Assembly (NCBI RefSeq): GCF_964204645.1
Contig: NC_134025.1
Location: forward strand, 15,723,101-15,787,100
Reading direction: 5' to 3'
Origin: Tubulanus polymorphus
Taxonomy: Eukaryota > Animalia > Nemertea
DNA: 64,000 nucleotides
The notes below the pieces were generated by a model. That model saw nothing but the letters and a program-made list of their open reading frames with translations, made no database searches and was not told where the DNA came from. How positions within the stretch are numbered: the stretch's first letter is position 1; each line of letters begins with the position of its first letter. Of this stretch, positions 48,664 through 60,600 are shown piece by piece. The position numbers and the translations under genes were made by a program.

Positions 48664-51600
48664 GTGATTTTGAATATCGACAATTACATTTTTCCGATAA
48701 AACGAATTATCGACGACCAAATGTCTTTTCTCGCGCTGAACGACGCTTTCGGGCCGAAATGTGCTTTTCCTGTCGATTTGAGTGATTTTGAATATCGACT
48801 TTTTCATTTTTTCGATGGAACCAATAATCGACGAGTAAACGTCTTTTCTCGCGCTAAACGACGTTTTCGGGCCGAAATGTGCTTTTCCCGTCGATTTGAG
48901 CGCTTTTGCGTATCGACATTTACATTTTTCCGATAAAACGAAAAGTCGACGAGCAAACGTCTTTTCTCGCGCTTAACGACGTTTTCGGGCCGAAATGTGC
49001 TTCTCCCGTCGATTTGAGCGCTTTTTCGCTTCGACATTTACATTTTTCCGAAAAAAAGGAAAAGTCGACGAGCAAACGTCTTTTCTCGCGCTAAACGACG
49101 TTTTCGGGCCGAAATGTGCTTTTCCCGTCGATTTGAGCGCTTTTGCGCTTCGACATTTTCGTTTTTCCGATAGGGGGAATATTTGATACGAAAACGTCTT
49201 TTCTCGCGCTGAACGACGTTTCCGGGTCGAAAAGTGCTTTTCCTGACGATTTGAGCCCTTTTACGCATCGACATTTTCGTTTTTCCGATAGAGGGAATAT
49301 TTGATAGGAAAACGTCTTTTCTCGAGCTTAACGACGTTTTCGGGTGGAAATGTGCTTTTCCCGTCGATTTGAGTAATTTTGAATATCGACTTTTTCATTT
49401 TTTCGTTGGAATCAATAATCGACGAGCAAACGTCTTTTCTCGCGCTAAACGACGCTTACGGGCCGAAATGTGCTTTTCCTGTCGATTTGAGTGATTTTGA
49501 ATATCGACTTTTTCATTTTTTCGATGGAACCAATAATCGACGAGCAAACGTCTTATCTCGCGCTAAACGAAGTTTTCGGGACGAAATGTGCTTTTCCCGT
49601 CGATTTGAGCGCTTTTGCGCATCTACATTTACATTTTTCCGATAAAACGAAAAGTCGACGAGCAAACGTCTTTTCTCGCGCTTACCGACGTTTTCGGGCC
49701 GAAATGTGCTTTTCGCGTCGATTTGAGTGATTTTGAATATCGATTTTTTCATTTTTTCGATGGAACCAATAATCGACCAGCAAACGTCTTTTCTCGCGCT
49801 GAACGACGCTTACGGGCCGAAATGTGCTTTTCCTGTCGATTTGAGTGATTTTGAATATCGACTTTTTCATTTTTTCGATGGAACCAATAATCGACGAGCA
49901 AACGTCTTATCTCGCGCTAAACGAAGTTTTCGGGACGAAATGTGCTTTTCCCGTCGATTTGAGCGCTTTTGCGCTTCGACATTTACATTTTTCCGATAAA
50001 ACGAAAAGTCGACGAGCAAACGTCTTTTCTCGCGCTAAACGACGTTTTCGGGCCGAAATGTGCTTTTCCCGTCGATTTGAGCGCTTTTGCGCTTCGACAT
50101 TTTCGTTTTTCCGATAGGGGGAATATTTGATACGAAAACGTCTTTTCTCGCGCTGAACGACGTTTCCGGGTCGAAAAGTGCTTTTCCTGACGATTTGAGC
50201 CCTTTTACGCATCGACATTTTCGTTTTTCCGATAGAGGGAATATTTGATAGGAAAACGTCTTTTCTCGAGCTTAACGACGTTTTCGGGTGGAAATGTGCT
50301 TTTCCCGTCGATTTGAGTAATTTTGAATATCGACTTTTTCATTTTCTCGTTGGAATCAATAATCGACGAGCAAACGTCTTATCTCGCGCTGAACGACGCT
50401 TACGGGCCGAAATGTGCTTTTCCTGTCGATTTGAGTGATTTTGAATATCGACTTTTTCATTTTTTCGATGGAACCAATAATCGACGAACAAACGTCTTAT
50501 CTCGCGCTAAACGAAGTTTTCGGGACGAAATGTGCTTTTCCCGTCGATTTGAGCGCTTTTGCGCATCTACATTTACATTTCCGATCAAACGTCTTTTCTC
50601 GCGCTTAACGACGTTTTCGGGCCGAAATGTGCTTTTCGCGTCGATTTGAGTGATTTTGAATATCGATTTTTTCATTTTTTCGATGGAACCAATAATCGAC
50701 CAGCAAACGTCTTTTCTCGCGCTGAACGACGCTTACGGGCCGAAATGTGCTTTTCCTGTCGATTTGAGTGATTTTGAATATCGACTTTTTCATTTTTTCG
50801 ATGGAACCAATAATCGACGAGCAAACGTCTTATCTCGCGCTAAACGAAGTTTTCGGAACGAAATGTGCTTTTCCCGTCGATTTGAGCGCTTTTGCGCATC
50901 TACATTTACATTTTTCCGATAAAACGAAAAGTCGACGAGCAAACGTCTTTTCTCGCGCTTAACGACGTTTTCGGGCCGAAATGTGCTTTTCGCGTCGATT
51001 TGAGTGATTTTGAATATCGATTTTTTCATTTTTTCGATGGAACCAATAATCGACCAGCAAACGTCTTTTCTCGCGCTGAACGACGCTTACGGGCCGAAAT
51101 GTGCTTTTCCTGTCGATTTGAGTGATTTTGAATATCGACTTTTTTATTTTTTCGATGGAACCAATAATCGACGAGCAAACGTCTTCTCTCGCGCTAAACG
51201 AAGTTTTCGGGACGAAATGTGCTTTTCCCGTCGATTTGAGCGCTTTTGCGCATCTACATTTACATTTTTCCGATAAAACGAAAAGTCGACGAGCAAACGT
51301 CTTTTCTCGCGCTTAACGACGTTTTCGGGCCGAAATGTGCTTTTCGCGTCGATTTGAGTGATTTTGAATATCGATTTTTTTATTTTTTCGATTGAACCAA
51401 TAATCGACCAGCAAACGTCTTTTCTCGCGCTGAACGACGCTTACGGGCCGAAATGTGCTTTTCCTGTCGATTTGAGTGATTTTGAATATCGACTTTTTTA
51501 TTTTTTCGATGGAACCAATAATCGACGAGCAAACGTCTTATCTCGCGCTAAACGAAGTTTTCGGGACGAAATGTGCTTTTCCCGTCGATTTGAGCGCTTT

Positions 51601-54600
51601 TGCGCATCGACTTTTTCATTTTTCCGATAAAACGAAATATCGACGAGCAAACGTCTTTTCTCGCGCTTAACGACGTTTTCGGGCCGAAATGTGCTTTTCG
51701 CGTCGATTTGAGTGATTTTGAATATCGATTTTTTTATTTTTTCGATGGAACCAATAATCGACCAGCAAACGTCTTTTCTCGCGCTGAACGACGCTTTCGG
51801 GCCGAAAGGTGCTTTTCCTGTCGATTTGAGTGATTTTGAATGTCGACTTTTTCATTTTTTCGATGGAACCAATAATCGACGAGCAAACGTCTTTTCTCGC
51901 GCTGAACGACGCTTTCGGGCCGAAATGTGCTTTTCTTGTCGATTTGAGTGATTTTGAATATCGACTTTTTCATCTTTTCGATGGAACCAATAATCGACGA
52001 GCAAACGTCTTCTCTCGCGCTAAACGACGTTTTCGGGCCGAAATGTGCTTTTCCCGTCGATTTGAGCGTTTTTGCGCATCGACATTTACATTTTTCCGAT
52101 AAAACGAAAAGTCGACGAGCAAACGTCTTTTCTCGCGCTTAACGACGTTTTCGGGCCGAAATGTGCTTTTCCCGTCGATTTGAGCGCTTTTGCGCTTCGA
52201 CATTTACATTTTTCCGATAAAACGAAAAGTCGACGAGCAAACGTCTTTTCTCGCGCTTAACGACGCTTTCGGGCCGAAATGTGCTTTTCCCGTTGATTTG
52301 AGTGATTTTGAATATCGACTTTTTCATTTTTTCGATGGAACCAATAATCGACCAGCAAACGTCTTTTCTCGCGCTGAACGACGCTTACGGGCCGAAATGT
52401 GCTTTTCCTGTCGATTTGAGCGATTTTGAATATCGACTTTTTTATTTTTTCGATGGAACCAATAATCGACCAGCAAACGTCTTTTCTCGCGCTGAACGAC
52501 GCTTACGGGCCGAAATGTGCTTTTCCCGTCGATTTGAGTAATTTTGAATATCGACTTTTTCATTTTTTCGTTGGAATCAATAATCGACGAGCAAACGTCT
52601 TATCTCGCGCTAAAGGAAGTTTTCGGGCCGAAATGTGCTTTTCCCGTCGATTTGAGCGTTTTGCGCATCGACATTTACATTTTTCCGATAAAACGAAAAG
52701 TCGACGACCAAACGTCTTTTTTCGCGCTAAACGACGTTTTCGGGCCGAAATGTGCTTTTCCCGTCGATTTGAGCGCTTTTGCGCATCGACTTCTTCATTT
52801 TTCCGATAAAACGAAAAGTCGACGAGCAAACGTCTTTTCTCGCGCTGAACGACGCTTTCGGGCCGAAAGGTGCTTTTCCTGTCGATTTGAGTGATTTTGA
52901 ATGTCGACTTTTTCATTTTTTCGATGGAACCAATAATCGACGAGCAAACGTCTTTTCTCGCGCTGAACGACGCTTTCGGGCCGAAATGTGCTTTTCTTGT
53001 CGATTTGAGTGATTTTGAATATCGACTTTTTCATCTTTTCGATGGAACCAATAATCGACGAGCAAACGTCTTCTCTCGCGCTAAACGACGTTTTCGGGCC
53101 GAAATGTGCTTTTCCGTCGATTTGAGCGCTTTTGCGCATCGACATTTACATTTTTCCGATAAAACGAAAAGTCGACGAGCAAACGTCTTTTCTCGCGCTG
53201 AACGACGTTTTCGGGCCGAAATGTGCTTTTCCCGTCGATTTGAGCGCTTTTGCGCATCGACATTTACATTTTTCCGATAAAACGAAAAGTCGACGAGCAA
53301 ACGTCTTTTCTCGCGCTTAACGACGTTTTCGGGCTGAAATGTGCTTTTCCTGTCGATTTGAGTGATTTTGAATATCGACAATTACACTTTTCCGATAAAA
53401 CGAATTATCGACGACCAAATGTCTTTTCTCGCGCTGAACGACGCTTTCGGGCCGAAATGTGCTTTTCCTGTCGATTTGAATGATTTTGAATATCGACTTT
53501 TTCATTTTTTCGATGGAACCAATAATCGACGAGTAAACGTCTTTTCTCGCGCTAAACGACGTTTTCGGGCCGAAATGTGCTTTTCCCCGTCGATTTGAGC
53601 GCTTTTGCGTATCGACATTTACATTTTTCCGATAAAACGAAAAGTCGACGAGCAAACGTCTTTTCTCGCGCTTAACGACGTTTTCGGGCCGAAATGTGCT
53701 TCTCCCGTCGATTTGAGCGCTTTTGCGGCTTCGACATTTACATTTTTCCGAAAAAAAGGAAAAGTCGACGAGCAAACGTCTTTTCTCGCGCTAAACGACG
53801 TTTTCGGGCCGAAATGTGCTTTTCCCGTCGATTTGAGCGCTTTTGCGCTTCGACATTTTCGTTTTTCCGATAGGGGGAATATTTGATACGAAAAAAGTCT
53901 TTTCTCGCGCTGAACGACGATTCCGGGTCGAAAAGTGCTTTTCCTGACGATTTGAGCCCTTTTACGCATCGACATTTTTAGTTTTTCCGATAGAGGGAAT
54001 ATTTGAAAGGAAAACGTCTTTTCTCGAGCTTAACGACGTTTTCGGGTGAAATGTGCTTTTCCCGTCGATTTGAGTAATTTTGAATATCGACTTTTTCATT
54101 TTTTCGTTGGAATCAATAATCGACGAGCAAACGTCTTTTCTCGCGCTAAACGACGCTTACGGGCCGAAATGTGCTTTTCCTGTCGATTTGAGTGATTTTG
54201 AATATCGACTTTTTCATTTTTTCGATGGAACCAATAATCGACGAGCAAACGTCTTATCTCGCGCTAAACGAAGTTTTCGGGACGAAATGTGCTTTTCCCG
54301 TCGATTTGAGCGCTTTTGCGCATCTACATTTACATTTTTCCGATAAAACGAAAAGTCGACGAGCAAACGTCTTTTCTCGCGCTTAACGACGTTTTCGGGC
54401 CGAAATGTGCTTTTCGCGTCGATTTGAGTGATTTTGAATATCGATTTTTTCATTTTTTCGATGGAACCAATAATCGACCAGCAAACGTCTTTTCTCGCGC
54501 TGAACGACGCTTACGGGCCGAAATGTGCTTTTCCTGTCGATTTGAGTGATTTTGAATATCGACTTTTTCATTTTTTCGATGGAACCAATAATCGACGAGC

Positions 54601-57600
54601 AAACGTCTTATCTCGCGCTAAACGAAGTTTTCGGGACGAAATGTGCTTTTCCCGTCGATTTGAGCGCTTTTGCGCTTCGACATTTACATTTTTCCGATAA
54701 AACGAAAAGTCGACGAGCAAACGTCTTTTCTCGCGCTAAACGACGTTTTCGGGCCGAAATGTGCTTTTCCCGTCGATTTGAGCGCTTTTGGGCTTCGACA
54801 TTTTCGTTTTTCCGATAGGGGGAATATTTGATACGAAAATGTCTTTTCTCGCGCTGAACGACGTTTCCGGGTCGAAAAGTGCTTTTCCTGACGATTTGAG
54901 CCCTTTCGTTTTTCCGATAGAGGGAATATTTGATAGGAAAACGTCTTTTCTCGAGCTTAACGACGTTTTCGGGTGGAAATGTGCTTTTCGCGTCGATTTG
55001 AGTGATTTTGAATATCGATTTTTTTCATTTTTTCGATGGAACCAATAATCGACCAGCAAACGTCTTTTCTCGCGCTGAACGACGCTTACGGGCCGAAATG
55101 TGCTTTTCCTGTCGATTTGAGTGATTTTGAATATCGACTTTTTCATTTTTTCGATGGAACCAATAATCGACGAACAAACGTCTTATCTCGCGCTAAACGA
55201 AGTTTTCGGGACGAAATGTGCTTTTCCCGTCGATTTGAGCGCTTTTGCGCATCTACATTTACATTTTTCCGATAAAACGAAAAGTCGACGATCAAACGTC
55301 TTTTCTCGCGCTTAACGACGTTTTCGGGCCGAAATGTGCTTTTCGCGTCGATTTGAGTGATTTTGAATATCGATTTTTTCATTTTTTCGATGGAACCAAT
55401 AATCGACCAGCAAACGTCTTTTCTCGCGTCATGAGCTACGGCTTAATGTGCTTTTCCTGTCGATTTGAGTGATTTTGAATATCGACTTTTTTATTTTTTC
55501 GATGAACCAATAATCGACGAGAAAACGTCTTATCTCGCGCTAAACGAAGTTTTCGGGACGAAATGTGCTTTTCCCGTCGATTTGAGCGCTTTTCCGCGCA
55601 TCGACTTTTTCATTTTTCCGATAAAACGAAAAAGTCGACGACTAGAATGTTTTTCTCGCTAAACGTTGTTTTCGGGGTCAACGACTTTTCGTATGTCGAT
55701 TCGAGCTAACTTTTTGATCACATTTACATTTTCCGATAAACCGAAAAGCTCAATTAGCCAAATCTTCTTAACCACGTTTGGCTCAATGAGCTTTTTGGTT
55801 CATTCGAGGAACTTTTGCGCTTCGACATTTACATTTTTCCGATAAAACGAAAAGTCGACGAGCAAACGTCTTTTCTCGCGCTTAACGACGCTTTCGGGCC
55901 GAAATGTGCTTTTCCCGTTGATTTGAGTGATTTTGAATATCGACTTTTTCATTTTTTCGATGGAACCAATAATCGACCAGCAAACGTCTTTTCTCGCGCT
56001 GAACGACGCTTACGGGCCGAAATGTGCTTTTCCTGTCGATTTGAGCGATTTTGAATATCGACTTTTTTATTTTTTCGATGGAACCAATAATCGACCAGCA
56101 AACGTCTTTTCTCGCGCTGAACGACGCTTACGGGCCGAAATGTGCTTTTCCCGTCGATTTGAGTAATTTTGAATATCGACTTTTTCATTTTTTCGTTGGA
56201 ATCAATAATCGACGAGCAAACGTCTTATCTCGCGCTAAAGGAAGTTTTCGGGCCGAAATGTGCTTTTCCCGTCGATTTGAGCGTTTTGCGCATCGACATT
56301 TACATTTTTCCGATAAAACGAAAAGTCGACGACCAAACGTCTTTTTTCGCGCTAAACGACGTTTTCGGGCCGAAATGTGCTTTTCCCGTCGATTTGAGCG
56401 CTTTTGCGCATCGACTTCTTCATTTTTCCGATAAAACGAAAAGTCGACGAGCAAACGTCTTTTCTCGCGCTGAACGACGCTTTCGGGCCGAAAGGTGCTT
56501 TTCCTGTCGATTTGAGTGATTTTGAATGTCGACTTTTTCATTTTTTCGATGGAACCAATAATCGACGAGCAAACGTCTTTTCTCGCGCTGAACGACGCTT
56601 TCGGGCCGAAATGTGCTTTTCTTGTCGATTTGAGTGATTTTGAATATCGACTTTTTCATCTTTTCGATGGAACCAATAATCGACGAGCAAACGTCTTCTC
56701 TCGCGCTAAACGACGTTTTCGGGCCGAAATGTGCTTTTCCGTCGATTTGAGCGCTTTTGCGCATCGACATTTACATTTTTCCGATAAAACGAAAAGTCGA
56801 CGAGCAAACGTCTTTTCTCGCGCTGAACGACGTTTTCGGGCCGAAATGTGCTTTTCCCGTCGATTTGAGCGCTTTTGCGCATCGACATTTACATTTTTCC
56901 GATAAAACGAAAAGTCGACGAGCAAACGTCTTTTCTCGCGCTTAACGACGTTTTCGGGCTGAAATGTGCTTTTCCTGTCGATTTGAGTGATTTTGAATAT
57001 CGACAATTACACTTTTCCGATAAAACGAATTATCGACGACCAAATGTCTTTTCTCGCGCTGAACGACGCTTTCGGGCCGAAATGTGCTTTTCCTGTCGAT
57101 TTGAGTGATTTTGAATATCGACTTTTTCATTTTTTCGATGGAACCAATAATCGACGAGTAAACGTCTTTTCTCGCGCTAAACGACGTTTTCGGGCCGAAA
57201 TGTGCTTTTCCCGTCGATTTGAGCGCTTTTGCGTATCGACATTTACATTTTTCCGATAAAACGAAAAGTCGACGAGCAAACGTCTTTTCTCGCGCTTAAC
57301 GACGTTTTCGGGCCGAAATGTGCTTCTCCCGTCGATTTGAGCGCTTTTGCGCTTCGACATTTACATTTTTCCGAAAAAAAGGAAAAGTCGACGAGCAAAC
57401 GTCTTTTCTCGCGCTAAACGACGTTTTCGGGCCGAAATGTGCTTTTCCCGTCGATTTGAGCGCTTTTGCGCTTCGACATTTTCGTTTTTCCGATAGGGGG
57501 AATATTTGATACGAAAACGTCTTTTCTCGCGCTGAACGACGATTCCGGGTCGAAAAGTGCTTTTCCTGACGATTTGAGCCCTTTTACGCATCGACATTTT

Positions 57601-60600
57601 TAGTTTTTCCGATAGAGGGAATATTTGAAAGGAAAACGTCTTTTCTCGAGCTTAACGACGTTTTCGGGTGGAAATGTGCTTTTCCCGTCGATTTGAGTAA
57701 TTTTGAATATCGACTTTTTCATTTTTTCGTTGGAATCAATAATCGACGAGCAAACGTCTTTTCTCGCGCTAAACGACGCTTACGGGCCGAAATGTGCTTT
57801 TCCTGTCGATTTGAGTGATTTTGAATATCGACTTTTTCATTTTTTCGATGGAACCAATAATCGACGAGCAAACGTCTTATCTCGCGCTAAACGAAGTTTT
57901 CGGGACGAAATGTGCTTTTCCCGTCGATTTGAGCGCTTTTGCGCATCTACATTTACATTTTTCCGATAAAACGAAAAGTCGACGAGCAAACGTCTTTTCT
58001 CGCGCTTAACGACGTTTTCGGGCCGAAATGTGCTTTTCGCGTCGATTTGAGTGATTTTGAATATCGATTTTTTCATTTTTTCGATGGAACCAATAATCGA
58101 CCAGCAAACGTCTTTTCTCGCGCTGAACGACGCTTACGGGCCGAAATGTGCTTTTCCTGTCGATTTGAGTGATTTTGAATATCGACTTTTTCATTTTTTC
58201 GATGGAACCAATAATCGACGAGCAAACGTCTTATCTCGCGCTAAACGAAGTTTTCGGGACGAAATGTGCTTTTCCCGTCGATTTGAGCGCTTTTGCGCTT
58301 CGACATTTACATTTTTCCGATAAAACGAAAAGTCGACGAGCAAACGTCTTTTCTCGCGCTAAACGACGTTTTCGGGCCGAAATGTGCTTTTCCCGTCGAT
58401 TTGAGCGCTTTTGGGCTTCGACATTTTCGTTTTTCCGATAGGGGGAATATTTGATACGAAAATGTCTTTTCTCGCGCTGAACGACGTTTCCGGGTCGAAA
58501 AGTGCTTTTCCTGACGATTTGAGCCCTTTCGTTTTTCCGATAGAGGGAATATTTGATAGGAAAACGTCTTTTCTCGAGCTTAACGACGTTTTCGGGTGGA
58601 AATGTGCTTTTCGCGTCGATTTGAGTGATTTTGAATATCGATTTTTTCATTTTTTCGATGGAACCAATAATCGACCAGCAAACGTCTTTTCTCGCGCTGA
58701 ACGACGCTTACGGGCCGAAATGTGCTTTTCCTGTCGATTTGAGTGATTTTGAATATCGACTTTTTCATTTTTTCGATGGAACCAATAATCGACGAACAAA
58801 CGTCTTATCTCGCGCTAAACGAAGTTTTCGGGACGAAATGTGCTTTTCCCGTCGATTTGAGCGCTTTTGCGCATCTACATTTACATTTTTCCGATAAAAC
58901 GAAAAGTCGACGATCAAACGTCTTTTCTCGCGCTTAACGACGTTTTCGGGCCGAAATGTGCTTTTCGCGTCGATTTGAGTGATTTTGAATATCGATTTTT
59001 TCATTTTTTCGATGGAACCAATAATCGACCAGCAAACGTCTTTTCTCGCGCTGAACGACGCTTACGGGCCGAAATGTGCTTTTCCTGTCGATTTGAGTGA
59101 TTTTGAATATCGACTTTTTTATTTTTTCGATGGAACCAATAATCGACGAGCAAACGTCTTATCTCGCGCTAAACGAAGTTTTCGGGACGAAATGTACTTT
59201 TCCCGTCGATTTGAGCGCTTTTGCGCATCGACTTTTTCATTTTTCCGATAAAACGAAAAGTCGACGACTAAACGTCTTTTCTCGCGCTAAACGTTGTTTT
59301 CGGGCCGAAATGTGCTTTTCCAGTCGATTTGAGCGCTTTTGCGCATCGACATTTACATTTTTCCGATAAAACGAAAAGTCGACGAGCAAACGTCTTTTCT
59401 CGCGCTTAACGACGTTTTCGGGCCGAAATGTGCTTTTCCCGTCGATTTGAGCGCTTTTGCGCTTCGACATTTACATTTTTCCGATAAAACGAAAAGTCGA
59501 CGAGCAAACGTCTTTTCTCGCGCTTAACGACGCTTTCGGGCCGAAATGTGCTTTTCCCGTTGATTTGAGTGATTTTGAATATCGACTTTTTCATTTTTTC
59601 GATGGAACCAATAATCGACCAGCAAACGTCTTTTCTCGCGCTGAACGACGCTTACGGGCCGAAATGTGCTTTTCCTGTCGATTTGAGTGATTTTGAATAT
59701 CGACTTTTTTATTTTTTCGATGGAACCAATAATCGACCAGCAAACGTCTTTTCTCGCGCTGAACGACGCTTACGGGCCGAAATGTGCTTTTCCCGTCGAT
59801 TTGAGTAATTTTGAATATCGACTTTTTCATTTTTTCGTTGGAATCAATAATCGACGTGCAAACGTCTTATCTCGCGCTAAAGGAAGTTTTCGGGACGAAA
59901 TGTGCTTTTCCCGTCGATTTGAGCGTTTTGCGCATCGACATTTACATTTTTCCGATAAAACGAAAAGTCGACGACCAAACGTCTTTTCTCGCGCTAAACG
60001 ACGTTTTCGGGCCGAAATGTGCTTTTCCCGTCGATTTGAGCGCTTTTGCGCATCGACTTCTTCATTTTTCCGATAAAACGAAAAGTCGACGAGCAAATGT
60101 CTTTTCTCGCGCTAAACGACGTTTTCGGGCCGAAATGTGCTTTTTCCGTCAATTTGAGCGCTTCTGCGTATCGACAATTTTATTTTTCCGATAAAACGAA
60201 ATATCGACGACCAAACGTCTTTTCTCGCGCTGAACGACGCTTTCGGGCCGAAAGGTGCTTTTCCTGTCGATTTGAGTGATTTTGAATGTCGACTTTTTCA
60301 TTTTTTCGATGGAACCAATAATCGACGAGCAAACGTCTTTTCTCGCGCTGAACGACGCTTTCGGGCCGAAATGTGCTTTTCTTGTCGATTTGAGTGATTT
60401 TGAATATCGACTTTTTCATCTTTTCGATGGAACCAATAATCGACGAGCAAACGTCTTCTCTCGCGCTAAACGACGTTTTCGGGCCGAAATGTGCTTTTCC
60501 GTCGATTTGAGCGCTTTTGCGCATCGACATTTACATTTTTCCGATAAAACGAAAAGTCGACGAGCAAACGTCTTTTCTCGCGCTGAACGACGTTTTCGGG

